From assembly GCA_951406725.2 (NCBI GenBank), contig OX597816.1:115692001-115756000 (forward strand): a stretch of 64,000 nt of DNA, in the 5' to 3' direction. This document shows, piece after piece, positions 25,038-38,037 of the stretch (position 1 is its first letter; each line of letters starts with the position of its first letter). The translations under genes and the position numbers were made by a program. The notes beneath the pieces were generated by a model. That model had not been told where the DNA came from and did not search any database. It saw nothing but the letters and a program-made list of their open reading frames with translations. The stretch comes from Octopus vulgaris (taxonomy: Eukaryota).

Positions 25038-27958
25038 CCCATATATACACCTGGTTGAGTTTTCGCAACGCAAAACCTGCTCCTACTTGTTTGGACATTA
25101 ACTCACCAGCAAGCATCAGACTGAGCATACGAAATGTTCAGTAGGTAGTCAACACCCAAAGCTAACAGTTGCATACTGTCCTTCTCTTCCACATTGTGAA
25201 AGCTTACCGTAATGTTTAATCTAAATACAGTGAAATTTTAAGTCACCATGTCTTCTCACAAATTCAAGTAACTATTGTATATCATGTTTAATTCAAGCTT
25301 TCTAATGTCTTGAACCTGATGACAAAGGATCATTTTACTCACGACTGAAATATCTATTAGTTTTACCAAATTGTAGTTCATATGAAAGCGTAAAATAAAA
25401 ATATGTTCCTGACGATGCGTAAACGCAACGATGGGCACATTACTTTTACAGAGTATTGCGTTATCGCAACGGCAAGCATATGAGTCTAGGCTGTGTATAG
25501 CATTAGCATACACATACACTGTATATATAGTTTTGTATAAGAAACTTCAGTTAGTCTTTTTCTCTTCCACAGAAGTCTCTATGGAATGAAATATGTTAGA
25601 ACTCGAGAAGCCTATGCAATACAATAACGATGAAGAAGAGAGGAGAATGAACAATGAATCAGAAAACCAGACAGGGATTTGCATTATACCACGAGCAGAC
25701 GGAGATGTCACAGATGAAAACCCAGGTAAAGATCTGGTTGAAATGAGAAATCCACCAGGAAACAAGCTACTAAGCCTTTTTGCTGCTGAAGAATCTAATC
25801 TAGTAGGAGACAAGCAGATGGTGGTTCACAACAGCCTACAGAACAAGATGATAATTTTCAGCAGACGAGTACTCCCACATAACTGACAAATGGGTATAAG
25901 CGTAAAAAGACCAGGCACTGGAATTTGGAGGATATGCCCTCAAAAGAGGAAGTCCCAAGTAACCCTTACAGGCCTTCTACTGTTGATATAACTCGCCAAT
26001 CTCATGAAATATTTGAGCTCTTCTTAGACTATACTGTTGTAGAAGAAATTATCAAGTATACTGTTTTGTTTACAGCTTAAAAAGCAAATCAAACATTCCA
26101 ATTGTCAAGCAGCGAGATGAAGGTTTTTACTGGTATTTTGTTGCTCTCTGGATATAACACGCTACCTCGCCGTCGTTTATACTGGGAAACTGAATCTAAT
26201 GTTCGAAATGAGCTAGTAGACAGTTCAATGCGAAGAAACAAATTTTGAGGAGATAATGAAATACTTTCATGCAGCAGACAACAATGAACTCGACAGCAAG
26301 GACAGGTTTGCAGAAGTATGCCCATTTTTGGACCTTCTAAATGAAAGCTTTATACAGTTTAGCTCAGTTTTTGGTCCAACAAATGCCTCCATTTATGAAT
26401 ACATGATACCATATTATGATGGCATTCTCACAAAGCAACTTATTCGAGGCAAACCGATTCGATGGGGTTACAAAGGATGGGTAGCAGCTAGTGTCCATTA
26501 GGTTAGTCATACTGGATTGATTTGTATCAAGGAAAATGTGAAATGGCAAAAAGTAGCTGTTACAAGGACACGTACAGCCTAGGAGAAGGAGTGGTGCTTA
26601 ACATGATTGATAAGTGTGAAACTCAATATACAAAGAAAAATTATCCGTTTCAACCTTCTAGAAGAGATTCAGCATAGAGATCATTCTGTCACAGGCACGA
26701 TTCATACATAGTAATGGATCTGAAAAGTGTCCTCTAACCAAATTCAAGCAGTTTGAAAAATGTCCACGAGAGACTGAGGAGCAGTTTCTTGAAAAATATT
26801 CATTCTGGCATTTTAGTGGCAATGTGGAATAATAATGGTGTCGTTATTGTTGGGTCTAATCAGTTTGGTGTGCATCCTATAAAACAAGTTCAGCTCTGGT
26901 CAGTTGCAGAACGTAAACAAGTTTTGATACCAATGCCATCAGTAATTGGAAAATATTACTCAAGCATAGGAGGTGCTCAGCCTATTGAACGTGTGCGTGA
27001 ATAATGCATGGTTGTTTGCCAGAGAATTGGGGTTCTGAAGTAGATCTACTAGCATTTACAAAAGGTGCTGTCAAACTGTACAGTACCTTTTTAAGAAGTG
27101 TGGAACGTCATCCAGGAATCCAAGAAGACACAAAATGCGTATTCCTTCTAGAGCAAGTATCAATGTGTGAAAACATGACAACATAGATCATGATATATCA
27201 AAGAGTGAGCCAGAAAACGGCCGAAGATATAGGCAATGCAAGAGTCAAACTGTATACATGTGCAGGCAATCCAAACTTCTTATGCATGTCAAGTCTGCCT
27301 CTGATTATCACAGAATCCAGTCTTAGTGAGTGAAGTTTTGGGAAGAAGTACCGCAAATTGTTTTATATTACGTAATAACAGAAAAATTTGTCAGATTCAG
27401 CCTCTTACGTAATAACAGAAAAGAAAAAGGTTAGATTTGGAACAGAATGTGTATTTTGTTTTGAGATGATGTATTATGCTGTGTTACGATAGATAATTAT
27501 AATTTCAAAGTAAAATCGGCATAAAGGTTTCAATCAGTTTTATATTCTTTTTTTTTTTGTTTAGCTTTATTTTCATTACATCAAATACTTAGTTATTCTT
27601 ATCTAATCTCAATTTTTAGTTTAATTTACATTAATTCAACTATTTTCCATAAAAATAGAAAGAATAGGTGTAAAATGCTTCAATTTTATTTGAATTCGTA
27701 AACGTATTTTCGATGTTGTGAGGTTCTTTGTATAATACATTATGTGGCATGTGGCCCACCGTTACGTTGACGAAACATGTAGTGGGGCTGGTGTGCTCAT
27801 CGTTGCGTCAATGCAGCACATATAAATTTTTAATAATTTCTTACCTGTTGAATGAATTAGTAAAAACTCAAGACGTGTGTGTTGTTAAACATATTATCTA
27901 CCATATATGTAAAATATAACTGATTCCTAAGACTTCATATTTTACGGGCATACATGGG
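25038..27958 (+). mobile_element. piggyBac DNA transposon, complete but inactive
   Basis: Right end ...GCATACATGGG|TTAA (27959-27962); left end CCCATATATAC at 25038 (9/11 match to the right TIR; alternative TTGA|CCCATG at 25015); 17-bp subterminal inverted repeat 25423-25439 / 27792-27808; internal transposase. Confidence 0.85.
25593..27330 (+). pseudogene. piggyBac (PGBD-like) transposase pseudogene
   Basis: EMKVFTGILLLSGYNTLPRRRLYW...MRRNKF, IMKYFHAADN...DRFAEVCP, SIYEYMIPYY (SIDE with catalytic Asp lost), IRGKPIRWGYKGW, decayed C-terminal Cys-rich region; multiple stops and frameshifts. Confidence 0.9.
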
Positions 27959-28245
27959 TTAAATTTGTTAGTAGAGCAGGTATCGATTTCAGAGAACTAT
28001 ATTAAAGACTTTTTAGAAACTCAGTGCAGCTAAATGAAGTATTCAAAGGCTTTTTTATACTATATCAGATTTCACATCTACATCTACATTTCTCATACAT
28101 ACATACATACATACATACATACATACATACATACATACATACATACATACATACATACATACATACATACATACATGCATGCATGCATGCATGCATACAT
28201 ACATGCATACATACATAATACATACATACATACATGCATACATAC

Positions 28246-28415
28246 TGTTATATCGCAATACTGCACAGTGGCTGTGTGAGCTACGACATCCTCGTCGCCA
28301 CTGTTATATCGCACGTTCGGATGACCTCTACTCAACTCCTCGACGTCTAGACTTCTCCCTCTATATCTGCGTATTGGGAAAGCCTACTTCATCGTCTTGG
28401 GGCATCGACACAACA
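28246..28415. mobile_element. Candidate 170-bp solo LTR inside (CATA)n
   Basis: Starts TGTT, ends AACA, flanked by CATAC on both sides; GC-richer than surroundings; internal CTGTTATATCGCA duplication. Confidence 0.5.
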
Positions 28416-28640
28416 CATACATACATACATACATACATACATACATACATACGTAGGTACATACATACGTAGATACATGCATGCGTGCGTACATGCGTGC
28501 GTATGTATTTATGTATACACATAATTGTTTACGACAATTATATTCATTAATGAAAGCGTTTAAATAAATCATTGCGAAACACTGCTGCCAAAGACTCACA
28601 AAATATTACACATACACGCACACACACACACACACACACA

Positions 28641-28718
<78 letters not shown>

Positions 28719-29512
28719 CACACCGAACACATGTTTATACATGTATATATAGCACACGTACAAATATATGCACATATGTGTGTGGCTGTGCGTGTGTGCT
28801 TAAGTATAGGGGACTGAAACGGATCAAAACATTAACTACTGAAAACGGCAAAGTCATGTTTAACATCTCATCTTTTTGTATACACATGATGACATTGGTG
28901 AATATCTCTTTCCTTAACTTTTAATCATCATAACTTATATATTAATGAAATATGAACGGGAGAGAGAGAGAGACGAAAAATAATTGTATAATAACATTTA
29001 AATATTCATAAGAAAGTTTGAAATACATAGTGAATTAACTTTAAGACATTTAATAACAATTAAACATTTATAAGAAAAATGAAACACTTTCATTTGTTTT
29101 TCTTGATTTACATGATCATATTCTCTCCATTTCTTTAAAACTATACTTGGTTTTAAAATATTGCCATCACAAGAAGTGTTAGACTTTCGAATGGAAAAAA
29201 TTAGATAAGCAAATATGTGTTTAAAGAAGAAAGCAAAAACAATGCGAGTATACGACCGAACAGAATGGAAGCTATACGGTCAGAGTTGTAGGTCTTCAGG
29301 AAAGATGATGTCCAAAATGAAGAATAACAGCATATGACTCGATTGAGGTTTCAGATTGATCGAAAAGGTTGTTTAAAGTTTTGCTAACATGAAGAAACAC
29401 TTACAATATATATATATATATATTATACACGCACACACATACACACACACAGACGTACACACAAATACACATATGTATACATTGACCTTTGTCTCTAAAT
29501 CTATCTGTCTGC

Positions 29513-29568
<56 letters not shown>

Positions 29569-30881
29569 ATATATGTATATATACACGTGCGTGTATGCGT
29601 CTGTACAGCTGTTATCAATATGCTATACGTATTAACAACAACATATTAGATTTTATAGCAAGTTCAGTGTAATTACTATTATTATTATTACAACTATTGT
29701 ACAACATTTACCATGTACTACAGCTATTAGCAACTTGGTAAATACAACTACAGTTACCAGACTGCTGTCGCTATTAACAACCTTCGGAAAAAAAACTAAG
29801 CAACATATGGTTCTTTCTATCAATAAAATATTGTTTTTTATTACTTTTGTGTTGTTTTACCATATTCATTCATTCTAATGCATTTTTCGTTGCATCAATT
29901 TGGCATTTCTTTCCCATAATTCAATCTTTGCATTGTTTTTTTTTCTGCTATGCATCATCTAATTTACTACCAACCTTAACCTTTTCCTAATATGTTTCAC
30001 ATAGATATTTCCACTAATTAAGATTGCTTTTGTATATAACATAATTTCTTTGACGATGTGCACAAGACAATAATTATTGCAGAATGAAGCAAGATGTGGA
30101 AAGAACACAAAAAGGAGAAAAGAGAAATTAAAGAAAACAAACTAGCAATAAGGAAAGTGAGAAAGACCGAAAGAAAGCAGAGCGGAGCAGAGAAGAGGAG
30201 GGAACTATGAGAAATAGACAGACAGACAGGCAAGCAGACAGAAGACTAAAAGAAAGACGATAGAAATAAAGGCTAAAACGGAAAATTAACAAAATGACAA
30301 AATAAATGCCAACTCTAGTTGGAATGAAAGAACGATACAAATAGGAGGAAAAAAACAGATGAAAGAAATGAATGGAAGCAAGCGAATAAAAATCATAAAT
30401 AAACAAAAAATGAAAGAAAGAAGAAATGATGAAAAATCAGAAAGAATTATCTGGAAAAGTAGACAGTTTTCGTTCCTAAATTAATTTATGTAATGAAGAC
30501 ACATCTAGCATGTTCTTTATGTCAGAATCAGTTAGAAGTAGATACTTATGTATAATGATTCCTTTTACTGATTCCCCTTATAGATTGCTGCAGTGCTTAA
30601 ACATTAGCTCTAATATAATTTCTTATCTCTTTTATTTATTTTTTTTGTCTTAGTTTTTCTTTCTTGCTATTGTTGTGTTTGATTTTTACGTATATGACGG
30701 TAATGGTGGCGGGGAGAGGAGGAGGAGGAGGAAACTGGGTGCACCTACAAATATGCATCTTCGCATGAATTGTTGCAGCAGATTTATTCATTCTCAGGTG
30801 AGATGACTTTGTTCTTGGCACTGGAAACCACCATTGGGACTCTGCCACTGATTTAGTTCTATATCTCTCTCATGCTCGTTC

Positions 30882-30917
<36 letters not shown>

Positions 30918-30998
30918 TTTTCTCTGTTCTTTTCTCTATGTACATAACATATATAAATATATTTGTATGTATGTATGTATGTATGTATGTATGTCTGC

Positions 30999-31032
<34 letters not shown>

Positions 31033-32222
31033 ATAAATATACATATATTATGTATATTTTTATATATACAGAAAGCGGAGGAGAGAAAGCGCTATACGGA
31101 CACACATATACACGTAGATACCTAAGTATTCTTTAAATATGCTCCCGTTCTAACTCTTCGCCCTTTTTCTTTTTGTCTTCTCTCGCTTCCCTCTCGTTCA
31201 CTCACACACCCTCTTTCTCTCTCCCTCTTTAGACTCATCTACTCTGCAAGTCGGTGTGAAATATAAAAACAAATGTTAACATAGCACCAAATACTGCAAA
31301 TATTCATTCTTGATGCTGTGAGAGGACAGATGGAAGGATTCATCCCCAACCCTTTCTCATTCAATGAAAAGAACAAATCAATTAGTTAATATGTAAAGAT
31401 ATCGTGATAGGGATGCAATAGTTGGTGCCGGGACAACAAATAATCTCAGCTTTAAACTTGAACATACTGGGATCACTCCAAGTACTCGATCCGCAACAAC
31501 CTACTGCAATGAGCTAGAAAAGAGATCATTCAACAAATCAGATCAGTCAGTCCTCGTTATCCTAACTACACCTAACTGCTTAAATCATTCGAAGCAGCAG
31601 ATAGGCCTCTATGTGGTTGTTGTTGCCGGATAGAAATAGCTAACAACGCCACTCAAATCACATTGTAACGTTTTAAATAAATGCGAATGACACATTGTGC
31701 AAGGTATTATGTTACACAAAAATATGATATGGCCATGGTTGGGAAGCCGCTATAGTTTTGTTATGCAAGGAGAAAGACGCAGAACCCATGAAGCTTACAT
31801 TGAGTGAGATTGATGCCATTAATGTTCACCTTTTACAATGTGGTTTATGCCTTGAAGATGTTTCTTGAACATTGTTTCATCAAGCTTTATTTAGTTCGAA
31901 GCAACAGTATAAACACTATGTAGCAATGATGGCATCACCGACACCATAAAATATATTACATAACAAAGAATATTAGTCTACGACTATAACCTCTTTCACT
32001 TAGGTATTGATATATTATACTGTAATTATCTAATTTCTGTTGTGAAGTTATTGATAGATTTCATGCAAGATGTTAAGGTATATTTCTAATATTTTATTTC
32101 GGAAAATGACCTCGGTGAATGATCGGTGATAGGAAAAAGAGAGAAAGTTCTTTCCAGACAAAAGATACAGCCCGAATGTTTTCAATCGAGTTGACCCTCC
32201 GAAAGGTAACCAAGGGTTAGGT

Positions 32223-32788
32223 CACCTTGATCACCTTGACCGACCAGTCCGTCGGGCGTCTATTTGACACCGCTGAATCGCGCCTTCCTCATCCACGTGG
32301 TCCCAATCGTCCTCCTAATATCGTAACTCCACCGTTGTGGAGGCCTTCCGAGTGGTCGTTTCCGCTCGCGCGGGTACCACTCGACAACTGAGCAGGTCCA
32401 CCGATTATCGGTGAGCCGGGCCACGTGTCCAGCCCATCTAAACTTGCTGCGTGTATATTCTACGATGACATCCCTCACACCGGACTTCTCTCTGATGCCC
32501 TCGCTACTGATGTGCTCTCTCAACGAGTTTCCAAGTATTAACCTCTCCATGACTCTTTGAGCCGTTACCAATCTCTGCTCTTCTCTCTTTGTTGTAGCCC
32601 ATATTTCACTACCATAAAACATTGCAGGTAGAACTGTGCTATTGATGACGTTGGCGCCTGTGGTCCTGTTCAACCTTCTCTTATGCTATTAAACGCCTTC
32701 CATCCAGCCCTTACTCTCCGTGAGATCTCCTTTTCGAGATCTCCTTGTCTCGGCACATATTTACTTCCTGTCCCAGATAGACATATTT
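32223..32788 (-). mobile_element. 5'-truncated RTE-clade LINE (post-RT C-terminal region and tandem-repeat tail)
   Basis: KYVYLGQEV...STVLPAMFYGSEIW...QRVMER...FRWAGHVAR...RKRPLGRPPQRW (ORF 32260-32673); tail TCAAGGTGATCAAGGTGA; 16-bp direct repeat TAACCAAGGGTTAGGT at 32207-32222 and 32808-32823. Confidence 0.92.
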
Positions 32789-32839
32789 CTTATTTAGTGC
32801 AACTATCTAACCAAGGGTTAGGTAGTCGCACTAAATAAG
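32789..32839. repeat. Hairpin with 24-bp arms and 3-nt loop at the RTE 5' junction
   Basis: CTTATTTAGTGCAACTATCTAACC-AAG-GGTTAGGTAGTCGCACTAAATAAG, 2 transitions between arms. Confidence 0.9.
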
Positions 32840-34049
32840 TCGATGAATTCAGTCTACCAACCTATAACAACGATATCTCTATCCGGCTTCCACAAAAGTT
32901 CTGGGTCCCAGATATCACTCACATCTAAACATATCATTCAAACATTCAAATACATATACACACAAACGCACACGTTTATGCAGATATACATACAAGAATT
33001 AACTAAACCCCAGTTAAGCAGGTAATGATTTGATGAAAATGCAGAGAAAAATATAAAAGACAATGTAGCGACTGATAGACTTAAAGATTTTGTTGATAGA
33101 AAAATGAGTTAGATATATACTTCTGTTTTTCTCACCGACACCACCACCACCACGCCACCGCCATCGAAACTACCAACTTCTCCGCCAATGACTACGTCAC
33201 TGCCATTATTAATTTGGGTGTTACTATTACTAGTAGCCATCATACCATCACCATCACCACTCCAACAGCAACTATCCCAACACAACCATCATATCCACCA
33301 CAATTACTATCACCGGTGGCATGTCTACCACCCCAACCACCAACAGCACTACTGCAAATACAACCGCTATTAAGAGAGAAAAATGTTATAAAAACAGCAG
33401 TCACCCAGAAATATTGTCTCGCCTCATATAAAGAGGTGACGTAAAAATCTTCATAACATAGATCACAATATCCGTGCAGTAAAGAAATAAATTGAAAACA
33501 AATATACATATAAAAAAATTATAAATTAACGAAAATCTAAATGAAAAAAATATAAATAAAAAATAAAAATGAAAGATACGATAAATAGATGTTGTAAGAT
33601 GTCGGTATGTTTGATGAGATAATAGAGAGAAATATCATGAATTTAGCGCTATAATGCTGGAAGCCAAATGGACAGGATCAAGATTGACTGTTAAACTCAT
33701 TACAGACACATTAAAACAAGAAGGAATATATACCTTAAAGACAAGGAATGATAAGCAGTGCAGTAAAATAAGAAAGAACAGATAAAGACAAAAACAGAAT
33801 TAAAATTTTTAAAAATTAAATACCTAACAAAAAATCACAAATACATACATATATATATATTCAAAGACTTTTAGAAGATGCCTTAACTTCATGAACTGTG
33901 GGCTGGTTTTAACGTTATAGTTTTCCTCAAAAGAAATGTTTAAATTCTTTTCAAATTACACGTACACATATCTATACATATTCTTACATACTGATGTACA
34001 TCCAAGCATATACACACATGCATATATCTGTAAGCGTGTGTGTATGTGC

Positions 34050-34094
<45 letters not shown>

Positions 34095-34307
34095 TATGTG
34101 CACGTGTATGGCTGTTCTTAGAAGTTTAACATCTTTAGCTATACTCAACAGACAAATAGATAACTTTTAAAAAATTAATTTAGCTGACTGCTGTTTAACA
34201 AGAAAAAGCTCATAACTAGAAAATTAAATTTAGATTATATATGGTTATTTCGCTGTTGTTATTGTTCTTTTTCTTTTTGTAGTAGTAATAGTAGTAGTAG
34301 TAGTAGA

Positions 34308-34350
<43 letters not shown>

Positions 34351-35193
34351 TTATATCCACGTGGATATTTATGAGAACTACTGTTGTTTAGATGCTATTG
34401 TTTCCTTAGTTATATAATCCGTAAAGAGCTGGCGCATGATAAAATATGTTTTAGTCGTGACCATCCAGCCTCCTTAGGAGTAAATAGGACTACAATATCT
34501 AACTTGAGGTTTCCCGTTTTTCTTTTCTTTTCTTTGAGGTGAAGTTCATAAGTTCGAAAAAGTAGATACGGCATGCGAAGCTTGGAATCTAACATCTCTG
34601 GGTTGATTCTTCGCGTGGAACAAAAGAGAAATAAAAATCTCTCCCAGCGAGATGGTCTTTACCAAAGCATTACAATCCCTTCTCATCGTATACTTCATTG
34701 TATATCCGAATTTCACTGTATAATCTTTATCAAACTAAATAGTCACCAGCTTTCTCGGACTCTACTACGATTCGAGGTTGTGATTTGAGAGATGTTTATT
34801 TTGGAAGGGATCCTGCATATTAGCGTTTCTCAAGGAGCAGCAGGAGGAGGTGAGGTATGGCAGTTTGGTGGGTTGTGAGTTACTTCAGAATGAGTCATAA
34901 GTAAGTAACAAGGAAATAAAACTGGCAGTAAAGTTTTGATCAAAACTTCTTTTGACTATATATATATACAGACATGTCCCTCGTTACGGGTACCTCAACT
35001 TACGGTAGTACGCCCTTATAAAATTTGTAAAGTATGACCACTAATTTGGGGATAAGGTTTGTAATTTTGGTTTGACGGAAATTCAGATAAGTTTAGCAAT
35101 AAAAAAAGACTAAACTTTGTTTTATCAAAAATCCACTTCTTGGTGGTTTTCTTAATATCAAATTATAGTTAACAATTTGAAAAAGTATAATTA

Positions 35194-35253
<60 letters not shown>

Positions 35254-35283
35254 TTGAATTTGTGTGAAAGTGTATAGAATAAT

Positions 35284-35502
35284 TCAGTTGAATAAAGTTA
35301 AAACATGGTCTGGTTTCCACGGTTGTTTTATTTTGTAATGCCCATAAAGTTAAATTAGCACTTTCATCATCAAAATTCAGTTAAACACATCTGAAGTTTG
35401 ATGATTACACTATGTATGAAAGCGCTAATTTGACTTTATGAGCATTACAAAATTTTAAAAAAACGTGGAAACCAGACCATTTTTTAAACTTTATTCAACT
35501 GA
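35284..35502. mobile_element. Palindromic MITE-like element, ~85-bp arms with a nested inner hairpin
   Basis: TCAGTTGAATAAAGT...ATGGTCTGGTTTCCACG...AAATTAGCACTTTCAT pairs with 35416-35502; inner CATCAAAATTCAG / CTGAAGTTTGATG. Confidence 0.8.
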
Positions 35503-35689
35503 TATACATATATACGTACTTGTGTCTGAGAGAGAAAGAGTCGTGAGAAAGTTTTATAGCTGAAGCCATAGTTATAAGGAGAGAAGTGTTTATGAAATGG
35601 TGTTCTTTCAACTAATTCTTAACATACAGTCCCTCCTTCTTTTAAAGCTTGTGCCGTTTATAGAGTGAAAAATGCGCGACAATAGACAA

Positions 35690-36380
35690 AGAAAAGTCAA
35701 GACTAAACTGTTCGGACCTTATATTTTCATAGTCTAATGCAATGTTTAAAATAGAACGACTGTAGAATGTATTGATCAGGGATCAGATTCACAATAATGT
35801 GTCAATAAGCATAGTGGTAATTAAAAAAAAATGCCAAACGTTTTTATGGGAATTTGCAGAAAAAGGTAGATGAAGCTTCTTCTGAAAAATGTTTACTGGC
35901 AGTGAAGGCTGATTTGAATATTTTTATTGACTTGTTGTTACGTGAAATAATTGCTGAGAATGAAATTGCATAATTTAGCTCAAACATCGATTTGAGAGTC
36001 CAATTTTATGAGTGGCTACTTTTATTAAAAATGGTGGTTGCCAACTTATAATTGAAAGATACAATTATACAGAGTCTATTTATGTAGTAAAACAAAAATG
36101 AATTGAATTGTAGATGACCGTCACTGAGTTAAAAGATGACGCAGTGAAGAGGTATTTTGAAAATTAAGGCTTGTGTAAAAGTATAGTTGCACTGAAATAT
36201 GGAATTTCTCTTAGTAAAAAATAAATCCAAGAAATTTCTATTGCTTTTACATCATTCTATCTAGCGGAGAAAAGATTGTGTGCAGTTATCCAAAAATGAG
36301 CCAAAAATAGAAAGTTAATATAACCAGTGCACTGATTGTCATTAGAAAACAGGGATCACATAAATAAGCAACGCCTGCTA
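35690..36380 (+). pseudogene. Highly decayed hAT (Buster/Charlie-like) transposase C-terminal remnant
   Basis: IAFTSFYLAEKRLCAVI at ~36240-36290 resembles the hAT dimerisation motif (F.S/T.YL.E.GFSAV); the rest is barely alignable. Confidence 0.4.
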
Positions 36381-36559
36381 TCTTAATTATTCACATTTTA
36401 ATCTTGTTGATAAACAATAATTACTAGATTAATTATTCTTATTCTAATCAAATTAACAAACAGTGTAGAAGTAAAATACTAAATCTGTTTAGTACATTTA
36501 AGTTCAATTACCGCTACTTGTATGTTATTACTTTTATTATTGACATAGGGATATCGTAG

Positions 36560-36752
36560 TGAGTGGTCAGCATCGTTGCAGGCCAGAAAAATGCTCAGAG
36601 GCATCTCTTCCGACTCTTTTCATTCTGAGTTCGAATTTTGTTGTCTTCCTTTCTTTCCAGCTCGATGAAATAAGACTCAGTTGAAAACTGGGGTTGACTT
36701 AATCAACTTGCATTTCTCTTGCTGGCCATGTGCCAAAATTTGAAACCGTTAC
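36560..36752 (+). mobile_element. SINE family A copy
   Basis: TTCTGAGTTCGAATTT (B-box-like), GATGAAATAAGACTCAGTTGAAAACTGGGGTTGA, ending GTGCCAAAATTTGAAACC. Confidence 0.7.
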
Positions 36753-37727
36753 TTACATAGGGATAATATTTCGAGGTGATAATAATTACCAAATGTTTTA
36801 GGTAGCCAATTTGCAAAAAGGTTGGGCAACACTGAACTAAATCATGTTGGCAACTGACAGATAAGTGCTTTGAACAAGGAAACAGTGTAGTGTTGTTCAT
36901 AAGTGTGGTTGTTGATGTTGATGTTGTAAGGGTGATTAGATGATGGTCTAGGGCTTAGGGGCGGGAGACCCCAAACCTTGGAAAAAAAATCTTTGGTCGT
37001 CTTGTTGTAGTCGAGGGCTCTTCGTTGACGCCCGACACCACTGGGATGTGGCCCTCGAAGTCGCTGGAAATGGAGATCTCCAGGTCTAAATTCTTGAACG
37101 GCTCCGTTATATGCTGAGTTGATATGGTACGAGGTAAAATGGCATTTTGCATTCTAAATACAATAAGTAGACAAAAAAACATTTCACGATACTAACGATA
37201 AATGGGAAAAATTGTCAGCATATATGAAAAGAAGCTTTCAGCGTTTCTAATTCTTACACAGTCTATTAGAATACAATCTCAATAAATATAATATTAGATT
37301 GCAGGGTTTTAGTTTAAACCACTAGAATAGGTTCTGTTCGCCGTATCTCCACGATTTAGAGACTCTTGAGCAATTCGTCTTTCCAGTTCCTGATATCCAT
37401 CTTGCACTTCACCACCTGCCGATCCTGTACAAACCAACATGTTCACACCTTTCCCCTCAAATCATTGGCCATTTGTAACCTTCTCTCAGTTTATATCTTG
37501 CTTGCAGTTGTCAACCTGCAAAAATTTTAATAGAACATTAACAGCACCAAACCTGCAAAGAGCTTAGGCACTGACACTTCCGCTAAACATAACTGTTGAA
37601 ACAAAATATGGAGTACATGCTACTTTGAAGTCTCTAGCAAATCTAATATATACATACACACACACATATAGTAACAAAAAGGATGGATGAGAATTTCAAT
37701 TATCCCCACGTGGTGAGTTGTAAAGCA

Positions 37728-37810
<83 letters not shown>

Positions 37811-37895
37811 TGTGTGTGTATATATATTGATAAAAATGGTAAGACAACAAAAGAAAGAAAGAGACCTCGATATTATGTAAATAGAGAAATTTATC

Positions 37896-38037
37896 TGTAA
37901 ATGTAATATGTGACAATTATTCGGTAGCCATGATAAAACTCCGAGTTTTATGAAGAGATGGCGGCGTGAATTTCCACCTCGGCATCCGAAACTCTGAGTT
38001 TTATCATGGCTACCGAATAATTGTCACATATTACATT

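Noticed and set aside
25593-27330. Domesticated PGBD host gene
   Set aside because: Multiple stops and frameshifts, lost catalytic Asp and retained transposon ends indicate a dead transposon.
30810-30850. CTTGGCACTGG resembles a miR-96/182-family 5' end, with a nearby TGCCA complement
   Set aside because: The rest of the mature sequence does not match and the stem is too short for a pre-miRNA; the overlapping 70-aa ORF is also unrecognisable.
37325-37480. Possible second RTE C-terminal scrap (KMDIRNWK) on the minus strand
   Set aside because: Too short and degenerate to support without a search.
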